Shown here: positions 45,001-55,291 of the stretch, piece after piece
Position numbering within the stretch: position 1 is the first letter of the stretch
Layout: every line of letters begins with the position of its first letter
NCBI GenBank assembly: GCA_014905635.1
Contig: JABVCE010000015.1
Coordinates: forward strand, 372,001 to 436,000
Source of the DNA: Scenedesmus sp. PABB004
Lineage: Eukaryota
Length of the DNA stretch: 64,000 nucleotides
Reading direction: 5' to 3'
The notes under the pieces: generated by a model
Told to the model about the DNA's origin: nothing
The model's database searches: none
What the model saw: the letters and a program-made list of their open reading frames with translations, nothing else
Translations under genes and position numbers: made by a program

Positions 45001-48000
45001 CCCACGCACCCGTGCAGACGGTGGCGCCGCCGCCCGAGGCCACGCAGCTGCCCGCGCCGCCGCCGGTGAGGGTGCAGCTGGCTCCGACGGCCGAATACGT
45101 GTAGCTGCATGCGCCGTTGCTGCAGACTCCGCTGTTCGGCAGCCGGCACGGCGCGGACGCGGTGCACGACACGCCGGCGCACGGGTCTGCGGCAGGCAGG
45201 CGCGGGCGCGGCAGCGAGGGTTGCGGCGGGCCGCCGCCCTCCCAGGGCGCAGAGCACGCAGGGCGCAGCTCTGATCGTGAACGCACTTGGGGCGGGCGGC
45301 ACGCAGGCGCCAGCGAAACAGGTGCCGCCGCCGCTGCAGAGCGTGCCGTCGCCCAGGTGGGTGTATGTGCAGCTGCCGTTGGTGGGGCTGCAGGCGCCCG
45401 TGCGGCAGTCGACCGCCGCACACACTACGTTGGCGCACAGGTCTGTGGGTGCGGGGGGGGGGGGGGGGGGGGCAGGACGGGCGCGTCAGCAACGCGCTGC
45501 GCTGGGCCGTCTAAGCCGTCTGCGCATGCCCCTGGCTGCTGGCCAGGCGCGCCACCACACAGCCGACTCGCCCGGCGCTCACCCGTGCACACGCCAGCTC
45601 GGCACACGCCCTGGCCTGCGGTGGCTGGGCGCGGCCTGGCCCTGCGCGCGCCCTGCGGGGTCGTGCAGGCGCCGTTCTCGTTGATGTTGGCAGACGCGCA
45701 GGCGCCCGTCGTGACGTTGCAGCTGCCCCGTTTGCACTCGGTGCTGGCACACGTGACGTTGGCGCAGCGGTCTGCGCGTGGTGTTCGTGCAGCGGGCGGG
45801 CCGCAGCGCGGCGTGAGGTGGCTCGGCGCGGTGCTGCCAGCCCGGTGCCGCACGCCGGCCGCGTGGCGCTCATGGCGGCGGCGGTCTCACCGATCGGACC
45901 GACGCAGGCGCCGTTGGTCCAGCTGAAGCCCGCATCGCAGTCGCACCGGAACGAGGCGGCCTGCGTCGTGTTGTCGCCCGTGCTCGCGCAGCTGCCCTTG
46001 GCAGCGTTGTTCAGCCCGTCGCAGGGGCGATTTGCGCACGGGTCGGCAGCCGGCGCTGTCGGGGCGGCGGCGGCGGCGGGGCCGTCAGCGCGCGCGGAGC
46101 GAGGCGCGGGCAGCCCTTGCCCCGGCGCCCGCCCGCGCGGCGCCTCACCTGGCGCGACCACGCAGGCGCCGGCGGTGCAGGTGCCGTTGGTGCCGCAGGC
46201 GGCGCCGTCCTTGGCGGGGGCGGCCTCGCACTTGCCGGTCGCGGGCGCGCAGGCCGACGTGGTGCAGGGGGCGTTTGGCGTGCAGGTGATGAACTTGCAG
46301 AGGTCTGGCGGGGGTGGGGGGGGGCAGCCGGCCAGCGGTGAGCGCGGCGGCGGCGCGCGCCGACGACGCGCAGGCAGCACACGCGCGCGCGCGCGAGCAG
46401 CGGGGTGCAGCCACGTGGAGAGCGCCGCAAACGGCAAGGCCCCCCCCCACCATCCCCCAAGATGGTCACCTTTGGTGCTGGAGTCGCTCGTCGTCACGTC
46501 CACCACGTTGCCGCTCTCGTCCGTGCGCTGGACCGTCAGCCCGGGGCCAAACGGGTCGCCGAGCTGCAGCTTCGCCGTGCTGACCAGGATGTTGAAGTTG
46601 AGCGCGGTGTCAGACGGCGGGTCAAGCAGCTCCGCGCTCAGCCGCGCGGTCGTGTCCTGCGCGGGCGCCGCCCGCAGGCCGCGCGCCGCTCGCTGCGGCG
46701 GCTGCAGCACCGACACGCTGATGCGCGACGTGGGGTACGACGGCGGCAGGTCGAGCGAGCCGGCCACGCCGGCGGCAAACGCGGACAGCGCGGCGGCGTT
46801 CAACGTCGCGGGGAAGCTGCTGGCGGGGCCGCTCAGCCGGTAGTACAGCGCGACCAGGCCTGGTCGCGGGGCAGGGCGCGGGGGATGGATGGGGCGAGGT
46901 GAGGGCTGGCGAGCTCGCGCCGCTGTGACAGTTCCCGCCGCTGTGACAGGCGCCGCGCGCCGGCGCGCCTGGCGCCGCCGGGGCCGCCCGGGCGCTCACC
47001 CTTGCAGGCGCCCGCCACGCAGCTCCCGCGGCCGCCCTGGAAGCTGCAGCTGGTGCCGTCGGGCAGGTTGGTGGTGGGGCAGCGGCCGGCGACGGGGTCG
47101 CAGATGGCGCCCTGCTCGCCCACCAACGCCTGGCAGGGCGGCGCAGAGCACAGCGCGCTGGCGCAGTTGTCTGCGGCGCAAGCGGCGGCGGCGGCAGAAG
47201 CGGCGGCACACGGCTCAGCAATGCAACCGCAACGGCGCGGCCAGCCGGCTGCAGAGCGCACACTGAGCGCAGCGGGGCCGCCCAGTCTCCAGCCGCCCAC
47301 TACTCACCCACACACTTCCCGCCACTGCACGTGCTGGGGCGCCCACGCAGGCGGCATGATTCGCCGTCCTTCCTGTTGCAGCAGCTGATGTCGCACGAGC
47401 CGGTGAGGGTGTTGCAGATGACCTCGCTCAGCGCGCACTGGGGCGGGCTGCACGTCACGCGGTCGCACTTGAACGCACAGCGGTCCAGCAGCGTCGACGT
47501 GCGGCGGTAGGGGTACGAGCGGAACGCGGCGCCCGTCAGCTTGTCCTTGCCGTCCGTGCCGACGTAGCTGTCCACGGACCTGCCCGCCAGCAGGCTCTGC
47601 GCCATCGCCACGCCGGGCGAGGGCGCGTCGAAGCTGCGAGAGAGGTAGCCCGTGAAGCCCGCGTAGCCGGCGGCGCCGTCCATGGACCAGAACGCGCCGG
47701 CAAAGCCCTTCTCCCCGACGCCATCGCGTGCCGATGCTGGCGGGCTGATTGCAGAGCGATCCGAGGCGAAAAACACGACCGTGCGCGCGGGGTCGGCGCC
47801 GGCCGCGTTGCGGTACTTTTCAAACCAGCTGGGCCGCAGCGCCGCGTGGCCATCAGCTGAGAGCACGATGCGCCCCGCCTGCCAGTCCAGCTGGTAGCGA
47901 TCGAGGTCGATGGGCGCCCGCGTGAGCAGCACGGGGTTGTTGCCGTCGGCGTCGTCGTCGCCGCGGCTGGACACCACAACTGCCACGTACTTGGACCAGC

Positions 48001-50668
48001 CCGTGAAGTCCTCCAGCGCCGGCGGGCCGGCCGGGCACAGGGCGGCGTCGTTGCACTTGAACGTCACGTCGTAGCCGGCCGCCTTGAAAAGCGCGGCCAC
48101 GTCGGCCGCCTCGTCACCGAAGCCGGAGCACTCGTTCTCAAGAAGGAACGGCGCCAGCACCAGCACCTCGCCTTTGGACGTCGGGCACTGCTGCGCCTGC
48201 TGCAGCCGCCGCCAGCTGCTGACGGCGCCGCGCGCGAGGCTCGCATAGTCGGGCGCCGGCCCGGGCGCAGGCTCTGCCTGCTCCTGCTCGCCGGCAGCGC
48301 CGCTGCCGCTGGCGGTGGGCGACGCTGCCGCGGCCTCGCGCAGGAGCTCCAGCTGCGCAGCGACGCCCACGCCCCCGCGGCTGCCGGCGCCGGCGCTGCC
48401 GCCAGCTGCCGCCGCAGCAGCAGCACTGACCGGCGCCAACAGCTGCTGCGGGCGGCTGCGCTGCAGCCGGCGGCGCGCGCCAGCGGCGTCGCTGCACTTG
48501 CCGCCGCTGATCGACCGGTCGTATTCCGTGGGTGCGAGGACCATGCAGGGGAAGCCCTCGAGCGTCTTGAACTCCACGCGCCGCTCCGTGGTGCGCGTGA
48601 CCGTCGACGCGTCCACGCGCGACAGAATGGCAGTCAGGTTGACGCTTGCGTCCCCCTGCGGCACCACAGCCGCAGCCGCGCGGCGCCGCCCGCCGCCGCC
48701 GACCGCGCTGTACTCGATGAGAAGGTCATAGATCGCCGCGATGGCCTGCTCCGGGCTCGCCCCGCCGTCGACCAGCTCCGCGACCTTGGCCTGCGCCGTG
48801 GTGACGAGCTGCTCCGTCGGGAACAGCTCCAGCAGCGTGTCGATGCGCGTCGTGACCGCGGCGATGCTCACGGGCAGGCTCTTGTCGGCCGCGCCGAGCA
48901 GGGAGACGTAGAACGCCTTGTAAACGGGCTGGTCGCTCTCGGCAAAGGTGAGGAGGATGACGTTGGAGAACACGCCGTCGCCGGCAAAGCGGTCCTCGTG
49001 CAGGCGGCTGCCGTCGTCGTAGAGCGTGCCGAGCACCTCGCCGACGTCGCTGCCGTTGCGCAAGCCGTTCAGCGTAACCGCCTTGCCGAGGCTCGCGCCG
49101 CCGGCAAAGCGCGCCTTGAAGATCACGGGCTCCGTCACGCCCTGCGCGGCCGCCTCGATGTTGGTGTTGAGCCCCGCGCACGTGCCAGCCTTGCACTGCC
49201 CGCTGACGACGCCGTCGCTGCACGCGGTGCCGTCAGCGAGGTTGGTGTAGCTGCACACGCCGCTCGACGTCTCGCAGGCGCTGGTCTGGCAAGCCCTGGA
49301 CTCGCAGCCGGTGTCTTGGCAGCCTGTGTCCGGGCAATTCAGCGTTGGCGGCGGGTGAGCGCTGCGCGGAGGGTGTCCACAGCCCGGGCGCTGGCAGCAT
49401 GCGCGCGCTGCAGCTTACCCGACTGTGGCTTGGGAGAGGGCAGGCCGCCTGGCGGCACAACTGAGGAGGCAATCTCAGCTGCAGCGGCGGTCGCGCTCGC
49501 GGCGCCACGGGAGGCCTTGGTCACGGCATCGCACACGCCAAACGCGCACGGGCCGGCCGTCTTGCTGGGCGGCGCGTTGATCTTGCGCGCCACGGTGCGG
49601 AACTGCTTGAGCTGCTTCTGCGCGTCCGTGCCGGTGTACGACAGCCGCAGCACCAGCTGGTGCCTCGCCGGCGTGGTGCTGCCGGCCTGTGGCGCGGCGG
49701 TGGCAGGCGAGCGCGGCGTTGGGCCGGTGCGGCCGACCCGAGGGTGCACGCGTCGCGGGCCGCATGCGCCGCGCGCGCGGGCGCCCCCGCTGGCTCACCG
49801 GCGAGTCGGGGCAGCTCGCAGGCGCCAGCTGCGCGTCGACCTTGGTCGCCCGCTTGAGCGCCGCGAGCAGCTTGGCGCCCACCGCCGCGCTGACCTTGGC
49901 GTCGCACAGCGCGCCGCTCGTCTGGATGGTGTACGTCGCCGCCAGGCTCAGCGTCGGCGCCGCCTTGCACGCCGCGTCCGCCCGGCTCAGCTGCCCGCCG
50001 GCCGAGGTGTAGCCGGGCGGGCAGGCGAAGCAGAAGCACTTGCCCTTGCCCGCGCCGGCGGGCGGGAAGACGGTGCCCGCCTTGTACAGCTTGTCCTTGC
50101 CCGGCCGGAACAGCGCGCAGGTCGGCGGGAGCGTCGGGTAGGTGGCGTTGGGCCAGCCGGGCACGTGCGAGCCCCAGCCCGGCGCGCACGCTGCGGGACG
50201 ATGCGGCGGCGGTCATGGCGGCGGCGGCAGCGGTCAGGCGACGCGCGATGTGGACTTCGCCGCGGCGTCACCGGCGCCCGTGCCGCCTGCTGCTGCTCGG
50301 CCGCGCGGCGCGGCACCGCGCGGCGCAGCACCGCGCGCTGCTGCCCCTCCCATCGCCGCCTGCAGAGCCGCAGACTGCCCCACGCCCGCGCGGCGGGGGT
50401 GGCCGCCGCCGGCATGCGGCGGCCGCCGCTGCCGCAGCGCCGGGCTGCTTCGGCGCCCCTTCCGCGCCGCCGCTGCGGCCGCGCCCGCGGCCCGCGCGCG
50501 ACGCTCACCGCAGCTGGATGCGCTTGCCACGTAGCCGGTCCGGCAGGCCGCGGCTGCGGCCCCTGCGGCGGGAGAGGCGCCTCCATGCTGCTCCTGGGCG
50601 AGCGCGGCCGCCGCGGCCAGCAGCAGCCACGCCGCGGCCGCGCCACCGCGCAGTCGTTTCCGGGTCAT
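42004..50668 (-). CDS. Giant secreted Cys-rich mosaic protein (DDG-type motif, clan-CD-like module, Cys repeats, SEA-like, EGF-like, NHL propeller, RCC1/CRINKLY4-like repeats), multi-exon
   Basis: Signal peptide MTRKRLRGGAAAAWLLLAAAAALA and LYDDGSRLHEDRFAGDGVFS. Repeated D(L/P/R)CA(N/G)V(T/S)C...DGT.C...G.C.AG.C units and EGF-like FRCDCDAGFSWTNGAC. NHL-like ARLNAPQSVAL..LLVADSGNGCVRELD. RCC1-like AGARHTC, GDNSTGQL, AGRWHSC, AGDDFTC and ACGASHVC. Single-gene continuity is inferred from splice sites. Confidence 0.8.
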
Positions 50669-50721
50669 GGCCAGCTCTCAGGCATGCCGTCGTCGCCGGG
50701 CGCGCGCTGATCGCCCTCCGC

Positions 50722-50727
50722 TTTATA
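50722..50727 (-). promoter_or_regulatory. TATA box of the mosaic protein gene
   Basis: TATAAA on the minus strand ~55 nt upstream of ATG 50668. Confidence 0.65.
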
Positions 50728-51024
50728 GCGCGCCTGCCCCACGTGCGTGCGCGCGCCGCTGCTCGGGCGGGAAACGCTTTCACTTTCTCGGAGGTCTGGG
50801 AAATTATGGGCGGGCGCGGGCGGCGGCCGGAAAAAAAACACGCCTGGGGCGCCTTCCAGGTTGGTCCCCTGCGCCCGCCGGTCCAGCGCCACCGCCCCCC
50901 GGCCTGCGCGTGAAGCTGCTCCCTCACACGCGGCGGTCGTGAGCGCCGACTGACAGGCCTGGCAGTGCTGTCGGCGGCGGCGGCGCGCAACTCTCAACTT
51001 TCAACCGCTGCCTCGCTCGCTCGC

Positions 51025-52650
51025 TCACTCGTCGTCGTCGTCGCTGTCGCCACCGCCCTCGTCCTTGCTGCTGCCCGCCGCGGCGGCCGCGGCGCGGCGA
51101 CGCTTCTTGCCGCCCGCCGCCTTGCTCGCTGCCTGGCCCTTCTTGGGCTTGGCCTTGCCGCTCTTGCCGCTGCCGGGGTCGGCGTCAAAGGCCACGAAGC
51201 TGCTCGACGACGGCCCGCCGCCGCCGGCGCGCCGCACGAGCGCCGCCGCCGCGCCGGCGAGGCTGCCCGGGCTGCTGCGCGCCTCGGCGGCGCCGCCGTC
51301 CTCCGCCTCCCCCTCGTCCACCGGCCGCCATGCGTACAGCGACCTGCGCGGCGCGCGCGCGTGGCGCAGCTGCGGGGCCGGGCCCCGGGCGCGCGCGCGC
51401 GCTGCACCCCTCCGCGCCGCCCCGCGTCCCACCGCCCCGCCCGCGGCAGCGCCACGGCGCCGCGCCTGCTGCTGCCGCTGACGATGAGGTCGAGCCGCGG
51501 GTGCACACGGCTGATGGGCGTGATCGTGGTGAGGTTGGCATCCACCAGCGCCTGCGCGGCCGCCCCCCGGCGCCCGGCGCGGCGCCTGCGTCGGCGCGGG
51601 CCCCGCGCTCGCGCGCGCGCGCGCGAGCGCGAGCGTGGCGCAGACCGCGACCGGCGCAGCACGCGGCCGGCCCGCCGCGCCTGCAGCAGCGCGCCGCTGT
51701 TGGCGTCGATGATGTCCACGGGGTGCAGCGCCACGCCGCCGACGTCCTCGCTGATGTACCTGCGCCACAGCGCAGCGCGCGTGCGGCCGTGAAGCTCGCC
51801 GCGCGCGGCGCGCACAGCGCGGCGCGCCGCCGGCGCGCGGCGCGCGGGCGCCTCGCACAGCGCGGCGCGGCGCGCGGCGCGCAAGCGGTCTGCGCAGAGC
51901 CTGGCGCGGCGCGCGCCTGCCGCAGATGATCTTGCTCTCGGACGGGTCGCGCACAAACCACTCCGCCTTGAACGCGGTGAGGTACCTGCCGCGGGGGTTA
52001 CGTGCGCGTGCGTGTGAGAGTGTGTGATTGTGGGCGAGTGCGGGCGCGAGCGCGGGCCGCCGGGCGCGCCGGGCCGCGCCCCGCCGCGCCGCGCCTGTTG
52101 AAATCGTGCGAGTGCACGATCTCTCGCGTGGGCGGCTGGTCGCAGGCGAGCAGGTTGCTCCACACGCGCAGGCGGTTGTCCTGCGCCGCGGCGCCACGCG
52201 GCGGGCGGGGTCGGGGCGGCCGCGGGCGCGGGGGCGGGCGCGGGCGCGCGCGCGCCACCCGGCCTGCCAGGTGGCGAAAACCACCTGGTTTGGCCGCGCA
52301 CCTGGCAGGTCGTGAGGATCTGGCGGCCCGTCGGGCTGAAAGCAGCGCCGTTCACGACCCGGCCGTGGGGCATGACGGCCAGCACCGCCGGCGCGACCGC
52401 GGCGACGGCGGCCGCCGCCGCGGCGCGCGCGCCGCCGCCGCCGCCGCGCTCGGCCGCGGGGCTGCCCGCCGCGCGGCCGCGCCCGCGCCCGCGGCCGCGG
52501 CCGCGCCCGGCGGGCGGGCTCGCCGCCGCCGCCGCCGCCTCGGGCGAGCGGCCGCCGCCGCTGCCGCCCTCGCCCGCCTCGGTGCGCGCCGCCTTGGCGC
52601 CGCGCCCCCGGCCGCCGCACCCGCGGCCGCCACCGCCGCCGCTCGCGGCC

Positions 52651-52683
<33 letters not shown>

Positions 52684-53190
52684 TCGGGCTGCGGCATCGC
52701 CGACGGCGCGGGGCCGCCGCCGCTGTCCGGCGGCCGGACCGAGGACAGCTTGCGCAGATCAAAGAGCTTTGCCGTGTGGTCGTTGCCTGCGCGCAGCGGC
52801 GCAGAGACGCCGGGGTGCATGCGCATGAGCCGGGGCGGGGCAGCGCGGCGGCCGCGGGGCTGCGGCCGCGGCGCGAGGGGCAGCGAGGGGCCGCACCGCC
52901 GGTGAGCACCGCGACGGGCGCCCCGGGTTGACCGACACAGCGTTGACCTGCGAGGGCGCCGTGCGCGCGTCAGCGCGCCCCGCCGGCCGCGGCCGCCAGC
53001 GCCACGCTGCCCGCGTGCCGCGCGTGTGCGCGGGCGGGCGGGCCCGCGCCCCCCGGCGGCGCGCCTTGGTTTTGGGCTTGTGCAGCTGCAGCGTGCTCAC
53101 GGTGCTGCCCGGCGCGCGCGGGTCGAGCAGGTGCACCCGGCCGTCGGTGTCGCCCGCCAGCACGAGGTGCAGGTTCCTGGCGGCGAGCCA

Positions 53191-53224
<34 letters not shown>

Positions 53225-53242
53225 GGCGGCGGCGGCGGCGGC

Positions 53243-53278
<36 letters not shown>

Positions 53279-54858
53279 GCTCGGCCGGCGCGCGGCGGCC
53301 CGCCGGCGCGCGGCGCGCGTGCCCCGGCGGCCGCCCGCCCGGCGCCGTGCGTGGCGCGGCGGCCGGCGACCCACCTGCAGACGTCCATGCCGTACGCCAT
53401 TTTCCACGACCCGCCTGGCGCCCACTCGCCGGCGTTGAGCCGCAGCAGCGTCGACGACGAGCCTGGCCGGCGTGGCGCGGGCGCGCCGCCGGGCGTCAGC
53501 GAGCGCGGGCGGGCGTCAGCGGGTGCAGCGGGCACAGCCGGCGTGGCGGCGGGCGGCGTCGCGGGCGCGGGCGGGCGCAGCGCGCGCGCCGGGCGCAGCG
53601 GCGGCGCACCCGTCTCGAGCGAAAAGACCTTCACGGTGCCGTCGCTGCTGCTGCTCGCGCCGTCAAAGCCGCCCGACAGCCACGGCGCGTGGCGCAGCGC
53701 GTTGCAGAGCTGCGCGGCGGCGCGCAGCGGGGCGGGGCGGGCGGCCGAGCGTGAGCCAGCGCAGGCGCCGGCCGGCGCATTGCTGCAAGCACAAAAGGGC
53801 TTGCCTGGTCGTGGATGTGCGTGTAGACGGTGCGATCGTGGACCTGCTGGAAGTTCCAAACTCCAACCTTTTGAGGCAGCCAGCCCAGTTCAAACGAGGC
53901 GTGGCGGCGGCGGTGGGCGCGGGGAGGGGGCCGCGGCGGCGCCGGCGGCGGCGCGACGGGTGTGGTTTGAGCCGGCCGCGCCGCCGCCCCCGCCGCGGCC
54001 GGCCCGCCCGCGCCGCGCCCGGCGCGCCTGGCCCTTCTTGTCCCCGCTGAGCACGAGGGAGTCGCTGTCCTCGAGGAACTCCAGGCACACCACGCGCCTG
54101 CGGGCGGCGGCGCGGGGCGGCGGTGGGGCGAGGCGGCCGGGGCGAGGCGGTCGGGGCGAGGGGGCCGGGGAGTGGCGGCCGCGCAGCGCGGCGTGGTGCG
54201 GCGCGGCGGACGCGCCGACTGTGCAGCTTGAGTATTGCCGCGTCGACCTGCCAGCGCGGCGAGGCCGGCGGCGCGAGCGGGCCGCGCCGCTGGTGCCCCG
54301 TCTGCGGGCCGGGCCGGGCGCGGGTGGGGCGGCCGCCACCGCGGCGCGGCGCGGCGCGGCGCCCCGGCCGCGCGCGCTGCGCGCTGCGCGCCTGCTCGCG
54401 CTGCAGCAGCAGCTGCGCCGGCGACCGCCCCGCGCCGGCGCCGGCCCCGCCGCCGCCGCCGCCGCCGCCGCCGATCGAGGCCCTGTGGGGGCAGGTCATC
54501 GTCGTGTGTCCCGGCTGCCGGCACAGAAAGCACGGCTTGGAGGGGCAGTCGACGTAGACAGATCCCACAAAGCCGGCCTTGTGGCCGCGCGACCCGCAGA
54601 CCTGTTTGTGCGGACACGCCGCGGCGCTGTGCGCGGTGCGCGCCGGGCGGCGCGGCGGCGCCGCCCGCCGCTGCTCACGTGGCAGCGCTGCGAGAGGTCC
54701 ACGTGCAGGGGCGCCTTCTGCCCCGCCGGCGGGGGCGCGGGGAGGCCGGCGCGCTCCTCGCCGCCGTCCTCGCTGCCCTCGTCGTCCTCGCTGCTCTCCT
54801 GCTCGTCGGCGGCCTCGTGCTCCACCAGGGCCAGCTCAAAGCGCCCCGCCTTGGCCAT
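51025..54858 (-). CDS. DDB2: DNA damage-binding protein 2, plant type with CCHC knuckle and WD40 propeller, multi-exon
   Basis: CHVCGSRGHKAGFVGSVYVDCPSKPCFLCRQPGHTTMTCPHR, HSRRVVCLEF, GNDHTAKLFDLRKL, HGRVVNGAAFSPTG, DNRLRVW, REIVHSHDFNRYLTAFKAEW, RYISED..LHPVDIID and SGSSRSLYAWRP. Confidence 0.95.
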
Positions 54859-55291
54859 GGCTGACCACGTTCACGCCAAAAATGACCCCAGGCGGCGCCC
54901 ACCGGCGTGCGGGCGCCCAGAGGCCCCGCGGCGCGCCGCCGCGCTGCTGCTGCTCGCGCGCCGCGGGCCGCGCGCCGCGCCGCCTGGTTGCGGTCGCGGA
55001 GGTCTGCCGGCGGCGCAGGTGTCGTGACAGCGGCGGCGGGGGCGGCGCGGGTGTGCGGTTCGGCGGCCGCAGCGTGGCGCGCTCGCGGACCACAGCGGCG
55101 GCGGCTCAGCGCCGCCGACGTAACACGCGCCGGCCGTGGGCGCTGGAAGCAGGCCCGCTAGCGCAGTTCTCAGCCAGCCGCACAGCACCCAGCCAGCCAC
55201 GCGCGGCAGCAGCGGCGGCGTCGCACGCCGGCGGCCGCGGCCGGCGCATCGGGCGATGCGCTGAGCCGGTGCGGCCGGCAGGCCGAGCGCC

